64,000 nt of DNA from Macrostomum lignano (lineage: Eukaryota): positions 56,523 through 120,522 of the forward strand of contig NIVC01002384.1 in assembly GCA_002269645.1 (NCBI GenBank). The letters run 5' to 3'. The notes below the pieces were generated by a model. The model was not told where the DNA came from, ran no database searches, and worked only from the letters and a program-made list of their open reading frames with translations. The translations under genes and the position numbers were made by a program. Shown here one piece after another: positions 52,257 through 62,900 of the stretch. The first letter of the stretch is position 1. Each line of letters starts with the position of its first letter.

Positions 52257-53665
52257 ATGGAGTCAACCGAAGGAGCCAAGAAAAGCAAAGCGTGTATCTC
52301 TGCTCTGCTTCCGGGCCTGATGCACGCTGCAATCGTTGGCCTCGTAATGAGGCTGTCCAAAATCACGGACTTTGAAGGCAAAAGAGGACCAGGCCAAGTG
52401 TTTTCCTTTATCCTCTGTGACGACACCGGCGATATACGTGTAAGCGTGTTCGGAAAGGATCTTAAGCCTTTCCTGGAGGTGTGTCGTGAGGGCGTCGCCG
52501 TCCGCATATCCGGCGGCTGGGTGAAGAAGGCGGATCCCAAATACAGCACTACGGACAATGAGCACGAGCTAACAGTTTCAATTGACCAACGTGGAACCAT
52601 TGTGAGGACCCTCGAGACCGTCACTCGACGTGCACCAAGCTATAAGAAGATAAAAGAGATTTCGGACTGTGAAATGAAAATGTAAGTTAACTTGTTGCAA
52701 TTGTTAAAAATAAAATGGAAAGGATTTGGAATATATATTCCCACTAAATGTTAGGTTAGCCAATTATTTCTAGGGAAACTTATTTAAATCAGTCAGTGAA
52801 GTTGCTTAGTGAATGAGTTAATGCATTCTTGTAAGTTCACCCTTTGCCTCACATATCTCAGGAATGTTAACGTCTATGGCACGATTTCTGCTGTCCAGAA
52901 ACCAACGGAAGTTAAAACCGGTTCCGGAAAACTTATCAACCTGGCGAAAGTGACGCTTGTTGATCAGTCTGGGTCCTCCGTGTCGTGCACATTTTGGGCC
53001 AGCTCTACTGCCCAAGTGAATGACTGGTCTGTGGGCGACGTTCTAGCGATTCATGGTGCTCAAGTCCAGGAATATTCCCAGACAATCAGTCTCGGATGTT
53101 CGAAAGCGGAAATTCAGCATTGGCCAGAAGACTCTGCTGATGTCTCCGACATTACCCAGTGGTACAAGGATGCGCTTTCTAGCCAACAGTGCTTCGAGGA
53201 GCTACGGGTGACGCAAAGCTCCCAGCGGGAGAAATATGCTAACCGTGACGACGAAATGGTATTACAGTACCCAGAGCGAATGTTCGACCAATTCGATGAG
53301 GTGCGAAGAATTAAAGTGCGATTTGGGGACAAAGAGGTAAGTTGATTTTACGAGTATTACGTGTGGGTTAAATAGAAATATGGTGTCAGAGAACGTACTA
53401 AAGAAGCAATAAGTGATTGACTGCTTAGATTCATTATTAACTTGTTCAATGAGGCCTCTTATCTCTAAAGATTAGGTTTATTCATTCATTCAAGAGTAAT
53501 ATGAATATAAAAAATTGATTAAATTCATATATAAATTTCATTTCACAGGTGACATTTTCCCGAGATCATATCAACAGAAGTCAGCAGATCCCCGCTATGT
53601 CAACCCCTAAGGCTCCCAATGTGTCCGAGAAGCCTGGGCCATCACATGATTTCATGGACGAGTAG
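52257..53665 (+). CDS. RPA70 (RPA1)-like ssDNA-binding protein, DBD-A + DBD-B OB folds only, 338 aa
   Basis: Exons 52257-52681, 52862-53336 and 53549-53665 (1017 nt, in frame, GT-AG). OB-A: GQVFSFILCDDTGDIRVSVFG...KADPKYSTTDNEHELT (RPA1 [21 protein letters not shown]...ANKQF..VKNDYEMT). OB-B: VNVYG...VTLVDQSGSSVSCTFWA...VLAIHGAQVQEY...W Y. Confidence 0.85.
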
Positions 53666-53869
53666 GACTTGAAAGACTAATAAAGATGCAATTAACGTGA
53701 GTAATGCTTGAGTGCATTTTTGTCTGCCAGTAGCGCATCTGAGTTCGATAGCCATCACAAGTAGTTTAACCTGATATGTATAATACGGCCCGATGAGACG
53801 TATCAGGTAAATCTTGCTTTATTCACCTAATAAATTAAAATTAGATGGGATCATAATGGAATTGGGATC

Positions 53870-55160
53870 AGTGATTAGCTAAGCAAAATGATTAGCTAAA
53901 TTGTGTTCATTGCATAACAGAACTGAGATCATTGCTTAGCGAAATTGGGTTCATTGCATAACAGAACTGAGATCATTGCTTAGTTAAATTGGGTTTATGG
54001 CATTACAGAACTGAGAGCATTGCTTAGCTAAATTGGGTTCATTGCTTGTTCATTGGGTTCACAGAATCTCTTAGATCCCAATCCTAAATTCACAGAATCT
54101 CTTAGATCCCAATCCTAAATTCATAGAATCTCTTAGATCCCAATCCTAAATTCATGGGATCTCTTAGATCCCAATCCTAAATTCACAGAATCTCTTAGAT
54201 CCCAATCCTAAATTCATAGAATCTCTTAGATCCCAATGCTAAATTCTTAGAATCTCTTAGATCCCAATCCTAAATTCACAGAATCTCTTAGATCCCAATG
54301 CTAAATTCACAGAATCTATTAGATTCCAATCCTAAATTCATAGAATCTCTTAAATCCCAATCCTAAATTCATAGAATCTCTTAGATCCCAATCCTAAATT
54401 CATAGAATCTCTTAGATCCCAATCCTAAATTCACAGAATCTTATATATCAATCCTAAATCATTGCTTAGCTAAATTGTGTTTGTGGCATAACGGAAGTGA
54501 GATCATTGCTTAGCTAAATTGTGTTTGTGGCATAACAGAAGTGAGATCATTGCTTAGCCTAATTGGGTTCATTGCATAACAGAACTAAGATCATTGCTTA
54601 GCGTAATTGGGATCATTTGGCATAACTAAGTTGGGATCCTTGCATACTAAATTGGGATCATAGCAAACCAGAATTGGAATTATCGCATAATGAAATTGGG
54701 CTCATGGCATGATACGAATGGGATCATTGAAGAATGGAAAATTGGATTCATAGTTTACCAGAATTATGATTAGTAAGAGGGGCGTCCGTAAGGTAATGAA
54801 AATTTTCTGCTACGAGTTGGGATCAAGGCAAACCAGAATAGGATCGGATTGGGTTCCCAATAGCCAATTGGGTTCCCAACCCAATAGCTAAATTGTGTTT
54901 GTGGCATAACAGAAGTGAGATCATTGCTTAGCTAAATTGTGTTTGTGGCATAACAGAAGTGAGATCATTGCTTAGCCTAATTGGGTTCATTGCATAACAG
55001 AACTAAGATCATTGCTTAGCGTAATTGGGATCATTTGGCGTAACTAAAATGGGATTATTGCATAACAAAATTGAGATCCTTTCATAACTAGATTGAGATC
55101 ATTGCATAACTAGATTGGGATCAAGGCAAACCAGAATAGGATCGGATACAATCGGATCCC
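53870..55160. repeat. Internal minisatellites of Helitron A (44-bp and 31-bp units, plus a ~165-bp duplication)
   Basis: GATCATTGCTTAGCTAAATTGGGTTCATTGCATAACAGAACTGA (period 44); about 13 copies of CACAGAATCTCTTAGATCCCAATCCTAAATT (period 31, 54060-54460); ~54470-54635 is duplicated at ~54885-55050. Confidence 0.9.
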
Positions 55161-55373
55161 AATTTAGTTGTGCCATGAAAGTTAATAAGTAATAGTGAAA
55201 TTAATGTAGGTAAATATTAGGTGAATATATAGCAGGTTGGCTGCATATCAATGGGCCTTGAGATTGTGGTTGAAATAACGTGTTCGCTGCTTTTTCACGA
55301 TTCAGAGGTTCTTCCACTCTAAAACTGAGGGTATGCAGCCATGAGAGAGAGGTTTGAAGCAGCTTCAGCAAAC

Positions 55374-55673
55374 CTAGAGACTTGTGATAGCTAAGCTTTT
55401 TGTGTGACGTTGAGTGCGTGAACTTAACTTGCCCCAGTGAATGCCTCTGACCAGCAGTGCAGAGTAAAGCAAGCCAACAAGCAGTAGGATTGACACCATT
55501 ATTCTTGCAGTCAAATGCAATGAACTGTGCAATGATACTGTCTTGTTGGCGGAGCCTTCTGCAAGTGCATCATGTTTACTGTTTGTGGGTAATATTTTTA
55601 GGTGCAATGCAATTTTTTCTTTTTTCATTGAACTGAATCCCATTACTGTCCCATTACTGTCGTTTTCTGACAT
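55374..55673 (-). pseudogene. Possible captured fragment of a membrane protein (class A GPCR-like N-terminus, TM1, start of TM2)
   Basis: ATG start; three N-glycosylation sequons (NDS, NGT, NKT); hydrophobic IMVSILLLVGLLYSALLV; then KLSSRTQRHTKSLAIT, resembling ICL1/TM2 'SLA'. A stop follows at once. Confidence 0.25.
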
Positions 55674-56926
55674 TACTCAGTAGTCACAACTTGTTTCTGT
55701 CGAAAAAATAATTTAACAAACGAAAGAGGAAAATCGCTGAATTCTCTACATTTGGAGTTTGTTTTCTTATAATGTCATAATGATATGTATTTGTATAATA
55801 ATAATTTTGCCAGATGCTCACTCAATTGTTGTTGTTTTGTTGTTTTCAATGTGTTTTGCAATTAAAGAAATACAAAAAATGTTTCAGTGGACAAAGACCA
55901 GTCCCATGATTCATGAATCTGCACACCTGGTACCTGCCTTATTCTATTTTAAAAGATAAATTGTCAGGCTTGCATTTATAATGAAGAATGATACAAAATG
56001 GATTACTAAGAAAAGAGGTCAGATGAGAAATAGGATCTGATCAGAACTGGAATCATTAAGAAAAAGAAAGGAGATTAGAAATTGATCCATTGATATTTAA
56101 TTAGCCATTGATATGAGCTAACCATTTTGAACTATCAAAATGGATCTAATTTGAAATAGACTTTTATGTCATATAGGATTTGATTCAAAATAAGATTTGA
56201 CAATGTGAATGAGGCATATAAGAAAAGAGAAGTCTGCTGAGGAGTGTGACTAGAAAAGAAAGGGGGAATTTAGCATGATAATATATATCATATATCATGC
56301 CTATATATAGCCAATGTTAGCTTTATTAAAAGTGTCAAACCAAAGGTCGAAGGATGTAGCTCCAGTTGCTTTTGCAAAGTCCATTCACAATGAGATAGCT
56401 GCATTGAACTGACTCTTTAAGTCATTTATTATAATAAGAGGGGCCTCATTCAAGGGCAATAGTTGCAATGCTGAGCTACTTATTGTTCGGAACATTGCAG
56501 TCGCAGTTAGTACGATGAGCAGGGCTAAGAAATTCACTTACAAATGAAGAAAGTAAAAAATTTCTCGGGATGTGTATAAAACTGTAGTACACATGAGCAA
56601 TACAAGCAACAAGAAAATCGGAATAAAGCAAGTCATTTCTCGGAAAGTCGCAATTTCTTGGACTATTATTTAATTTATTTTCAGTAACAACTAAAAAAGT
56701 GATCTCAACAGTTTTATAAACTAAATAAATAAAATAATTTTTATCAAACACGTTGACATATACAGGGCTCTAAACTAAAAAACTGTAAAAAGTTGATAGT
56801 TTTGTTTTACCTAAAATGCGTTATTAACGATCTCCAAAAATTCCTATTTTAAGCTTAAGCTTAAGAAAGACACTTAAAGTACTCCTGCTAAAAGGTATAT
56901 TATATTAGACGAATATTAATTATTTC

Positions 56927-56958
56927 TGCTCCCCGAAGGGGGGCAAAACTTTAGCTAG
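56927..56958 (+). other. Helitron 3' terminal hairpin + CTAG
   Basis: 8-bp GC-rich stem (one G:T pair) with a GAA loop, 9 nt upstream of CTAG. Confidence 0.85.
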
Positions 56959-59900
56959 TCCTATATACTAAAAATGAGTTGTCTGTATGTGGGTAGGTAT
57001 GCGATAGATTTCAGAAAAAATGGCTCAACCGATTTTCTTCAAACTTGCACCATTCGATCAGAAATTTTCCTGGGACGGTACATGCATCTTGGCTAAGAAA
57101 TTGCTCAATTTTAAAGGGATTAAATATTCGAAAAACATGCTTTTTTGCAAAGGTCAAGCAGCTCTTTCGACCTGAAATGCATTGTAAAAATGCTAGAGAA
57201 AAAACTGACTGACTGAATTCTGATTGTGATAAAGATTGCATAACAGCTGAATTGTACCTCCGCCTTGAATTGCGTCACAGTGTTGAAAACACTGTGTAGA
57301 AGCATATTACGAGACTTGATTTAGACTGCGTAACCATACTGACCGATTGAAAAATTGATTATGTCATAACTGCTTCGTGCTCATCTTATAGTGTAATTTT
57401 TGTTAAACATAAAAGAAGCGTCATGAAAAACCTAAAAAATGCTAGCGTCGAGGCTTACTAATTCAGAACCACAAGTGTCATAAAAATCGTAAAAGAAGTG
57501 TCATTTTAAGCATGAAAAGTTCCTGTAAAGCATAGAAGAAGCGCGAATATTCGAATAACACACATGCCTTTCTGCAAGGGTCAAGCAGAACTTCCTACTG
57601 TGAGCCATTCTGATTGGAATTAAACTTTGCAGCGCCCAGTAAAGTAGTATTTTTTGTCGCCAGGCTAGAGAACTATAAATGTACACTGCGAGAAAAGATT
57701 GTACATTATAAAATCTTCCCGTGCACAATTGACATACTAACTTTAAATGCTGGAGAGAGGGAGAGTGAGAGAGTGAAATACATGCACATATATACAGTAT
57801 CTAATTGATTCACAATATACGAACCATGTTTGAGACTGACCCTCCAAAATGTAATAAAACCGTCTGATTATAAAAAAGTCCAAAAGTGCCACAGAGATAG
57901 ATGTACATTGGCTACTGAGGCTTGCGCCTCCTTCAGAAAATTTATCTGAATCCTTTCACATAGGAGAGTTAGAGTTAGGTGTTTGAGAGAGAGTATTGAA
58001 TAATAAAAAGAGTCCTGACCAATTAGCAGGCGGGTATTGGAGAGAATTTAGGCTTGCTGTACACACTGACAGTCTAACAGTGTACAAATGGTGTCCAGCT
58101 TTTTGGGATTGGGTGGTTGCTGAGTTTAAAACGCGTGACATTATAGACTTCATACCTTTCTCTTTTCTCGCACACAACCCCTACTATCCTTTCTTTTCAT
58201 TATAACTCAAAATTCTTATCTTTCAATTTGAATTCCAATATGGCTCGACGTGGCACCAGCGCATTGAAGAAGAGCAGAGATGCCAAGAAGAAGCGTCAGC
58301 AAGAGAGTGCCGTTGAGCGAGAGGAGCGGCTGGCTGGACTGCGGCAGCAGAAGAATGAGCGAACGGCCATGGAGACTGACGCGCAGCGAGAAGAGCGGTT
58401 GGCTGGACTGCGGCAGCAGAAGGCTGAGCGAACGGCCATGGAGACTGACGCGCAGCGAGAAGAGCGGCTGGCTGGACACCGGCAGCAGGAGGCTGAGCGA
58501 AGGGCAACTGAAACCGACGCTCAGCGAGAAGAGCGCCTGACGAGACTCCGGCAGGAAAATGCTGAGCGAAGGGCAACGGAAACAGACGCTCAGCGAGAAG
58601 AGCGTAGATCTGGAGACAGAACTCGTGCGGAGAAGCGACGCGCTTCAGAAACCGAAGAGCAACGAAGAGCTCGAGTGGAAGCCGAGCAAATTCGCCGTCG
58701 AGGAGTGTCGGCTGGCAGGTAGGATGACATTTTAATTGGAGCTATATATTTTATAGCTATATAAAATCCAAGTGCCCTTTGTGCCTAATTCGGGGTATTT
58801 TCTATCTTAGCTGATGTTTTATTGGTACTTGGGCATATAATTAAAAACTGGAATCTGTTTCGTGCATTTTTTCTCCTCTTTTCAAGTCGATTGCTTTCCA
58901 AGAGTTTTATTTAAGAGATCAGTATAGAATAGCATAAAATTTATTCGTCACTACTTTAATTACCGGCAAATGAAGTTGTGTATAATTTTTTTCCTATATT
59001 CCAGGTTTGATAGTAGTGAGTTGGCCACACCGTCTGTGGTACCTTTTGATGCGTTGCGCATAATTCGCATTCCTGGTGATGGAACTGTTTTTTTTATGCA
59101 GTCTGTGATCAGTTGCAGGGCACTCCACTTGAGACCGATGCGGCATCTTTAAGACACGAGCTGACGAGCCGTGTAGTGCAGATTATGCCAGAATTGATTG
59201 AACAAGGCTTTGTTTTGCCAGAAAATGCTGATTTCATTGTTGATTCCTCTTTTTCTGAAGGCACATATGTGCCTGATGAAGTTGTTCCGCTTTTAAGCCG
59301 TTGTTTTAATGTTGATCTGGTGATTTATCAAGAAAACGGCACTGTACTGCAGTACTGTATGTCCCCTTTGCAGCCACCGATTGCAATCGTCCGAATTCTT
59401 TTGCGTCATGAGCATTATGAGTCATTGCGATTTGCTAATCCGATTCCAGTTTCTGAGCCCATTGTAGATGCAGAGGAGCCAAGATTAACTCAGCAGAGTG
59501 CATGTCATTTTGGCGCAAGACCTGCTCAAGAGAGGTAGGTCATTGGTGTGACTGGTCATCATAATTTATTTGTCATCGAACTCAAGTTGTTTTATTCCAA
59601 TAAATTTTTTTGTAAGCTGAAAGATTAACTGGGAAAACTGTTTGCCATTAATCCTTCCTAATCCTAATCCTTCTAATCACAGGCCAGAACGGATTATCAG
59701 GCCTGAAGCGCCAGCCCATAACTGTGGCCCAATGGACAGAGCATGCGACCAATGCGGTGCATTACTTTGGTGCTCTGAGACGAGGAATTTCTGCTGCGCC
59801 AAAGGCAAGGTGAAGCTGCCCAGCCGCACCGTGCCTCAAGTGCTGGCAGATCTGTACCTGGGGCGGCACAGAATGAGTGCCGAGTTCCTGACCAACATTC

Positions 59901-62900
59901 GGAGTTACAACTCGGCGCTGCACCTGACATCGCTGGGTGCCAAACTGCGGTTGGTGCCAGGCTGGTGTCCCAGCTTCATCATCAGCGGCCAGTTGCATCA
60001 CAACACGGCGCCGCTGTTTGCAGAGGATTCAGCTGAGCCCCATGGCTGGCAGGTGTATTTCAATGATCGCGAACTTGAAAGCCGCCAGAGTCTCAGCCAG
60101 AAGGTGAAGCCGGAGCTACTGGAGCTATTGCAGACGCTGCTTCACGAGTGCAACGGCTATGTCCGCAGCCTGAGGGCAGTCGCTCATCGAATCAGTCAAG
60201 ATCCGGAGTTGGGAGATGCGCGAATCGTAATTCACCCTGACCGTCGACCATCTGGGGAACACATTCGGTATGTCTGCAAGACATTCTAATAAGATATTTT
60301 GCGTAATAAATTATCCAATTATCCAATTATCCAATTTGTACAAACTCAGTATCCCACAAACTCCGTTCAAAATAAGGCGCTACAACTTGCCTACGGCGAA
60401 CGAGGTCGGTATCCTGATTGTGGAGGACAATGAGAACACACCGGCCAGTCGGGACGTGGTGATTCAACTGCGTGGAGGCGGTTCCCAGAGAATCAGCGAG
60501 ACGCACCGCTCATACGACCCGCTGGAGTATGTGCTGCTGTTCCCGAATGGCGAAGATGGCTGGCACCCGGAGTTGCTGATGAGTAATGGCAAGAAATTAA
60601 CGCCCATGAAATACTATGCGAGCGAAATCATGGTGCGAGCGGGCCAGTTCAGTGTACTGCACTATGGCCGAAGATTATTTCAGCAGTACTTGGTGGACAT
60701 GTGTGCCAAGATTGAGGCAGAGAGGCTGCTGTATTTGCGGACCCATCAGCAGGACCTGCGCAGCGAGACATACAGCGGTCTGCGGGACGCTCTGTTTGCA
60801 GCTGATGGCAGGTCTACCGACAGAGATCCGAGTGACATAGGCAAGCCCGCGCATGTGCTTCTGTCTTCGAGCTTCGTTGGCGGGCCAAGGTACCTGATGG
60901 AGAGGCTACAGGACGCTATGACCTATGTTCACAAGTTCGGTAAGCCGGACCTGTTTGTCACCGCAACGTGCAATCCGAAATGGCCGGAGATCAGCGCTCA
61001 GCTGCTGCCTGGACAGCGGGCAGAAGACCGGCCGGACATTGTTAGCCGAGTCTTTGAAATGAAGAGGAAAGCTCTTCTGGCCCAGTTGACCAAGCGCTAT
61101 GGGAAAGAGGCCGCTCACGTTTGCTCACTGGAGTACCAGAAGCGTGGTGAGTAAAAATTCTGACTTGCAAGAATCAAAGTTTTAAGATTTATTAAAATTT
61201 AGATTTACAAAGGTTTTGTGATATTTTTTAATACTTTTTTGACGCTCCAGGTCTTCCCATGTGCACTTTCTGCTGTGGCTCATGAGCGGTCAGCGAGTGA
61301 CTCCGGACCGATACGATGACATCGTGTCTGCCGAGATTCCGGACCCAGAGCAGCAGCCTGTGCTGTATGAGTTGGTGAAGACGCACATGATCCATGGCCC
61401 CTGCGGCAAGGAGAATCCGGCGTGTCCTTGCATGGAGAATGGCGAATGCAGCAAGGGCTTTCCGAAAGAGTTCCAGCAGGTGACGCTGACCAGCGATACT
61501 GGCTACCCACTGTACCGCAGACTATCGCCTGAGATGGGCGGATTTACAGTGGACAAACTGTTCAAAGGCCGGAGCATTCGCATGGACAACAGGGAAGTTC
61601 AAACGCTAATATATTGCTTAGTTGTGCATTGCAGCTTTTGTTTCTGAAAGTTAATGATATTATTTTTTCATTAAAACAGGTGGGTCGTTCCGTACAGCCC
61701 TGACCTGTTGCTCCAGTTTGCGTGCCACTTGAACGTCGAAGTTTGCGCCACTGTGAAGTCGGTCAAGTACGTGATCAAGTACCTGTTAAAGGGTGGCGAC
61801 ATGGCGACGTTCAAAGTCGATGCCAATAGGAATTCTACTGAACCGAGAGAGCAGGCAGTGGGTGACCAGCAGCCGACGCAAACGACAGGAAATAAGCCGC
61901 GTGATGAGATTAAAGAGTACCTGTCCGCGCGCTACATTGGTCCAATGGAAGCCGTGAATACCATCTTGGGCTTTGAAGTAATTCGCATTCTAATTATTAT
62001 TGGCTCATTTTAACCAGAGCTGTGAAACCTCGTCATAGTATAAATTGAATTTCCATCGAAACTTAAAGGCTGTATATTTTCCTTCCACTTTCTGATCAGG
62101 TGCACAACAGGTTTCCGGCGGTCATCCGACTCTGCGTTCACAAGTCGGAAGAGCAGCTCGTGTATTTCAACGAGGGGACCGCAAGAGCAAAAGCGAGAAC
62201 GCCGAAGGATTCGACGTTGACGGCATTTTTCAAGCTGTGCCGTATTGACGAATTTGCTGGGTCCTTGCTCTACACGGAGGTGCCGTCCTACTTTGTGTGG
62301 CTCTCCAGCGAAAGAGAGTGGCGGCGGGCCAAGCAGGGTGTGCGAGTCGATGGCCATCCGGGTGTAGTGCGGAACAAAAACGTTGCACGCATGTACACGG
62401 TGAGTCCAAGAGCAGGTGATTTATTTTATGTTCGAATGCTCCTTTTGAATGTTAGGGGACCGACTAGCTTCGAGGCGCTGCAGACCGTGGACGGCGTTGT
62501 GCATCGAGCGCCAAGGCTGCTTGCATGGCCCTTGGCCTGCTGCAGCGAGATGATCACTGGCGGCGGTGTCTAGCTGAGGCCGTTCAGTCAAGAATGCCAA
62601 GAGCCCTGAGACATCTTCTGGCCGTAATTCTCATATGGGGTGAGCCTGAGGATGGCAGCGACCTCTGGTGCAGTTTTGCCGAGGATCTCAGCGAGGACCT
62701 GCGGTTCCACCACCGAGACTTGAGCACCGAGGAGATTACTGACCTGGCGCTGCGTGAGCTTCAGAGCATGCTGATCTCCATGGGCGGGAGAAGCCTGCCA
62801 GAGTACGGCCTGCCTGCGGCCTCCGTGACACCTCAAGATGGACCAATGCAGTTTGATACGGTTGAGCAAGCACTGATTACTGAGGCGCGCTTACCAATGC

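Larger units (their letters stand above)
51326..56958 (+). mobile_element. Helitron A: non-autonomous 5.6-kb Helitron carrying an RPA70-like gene
   Basis: 5' end A|TCCTATATACTAAAAATGA, similar to the Helraiser-type TCCTATATAATAAAA terminus. 3' end hairpin TGCTCCCC-GAA-GGGGGGCA (56927-56945), then 9 nt and CTAG (56955-56958). A ~220-bp subterminal block is nearly identical to that of Helitron B. Confidence 0.85.

Noticed and set aside
56476-56751. 91-aa minus-strand ORF near the 3' end of Helitron A
   Set aside because: Non-ATG start, AT-rich composition and no recognisable domain.
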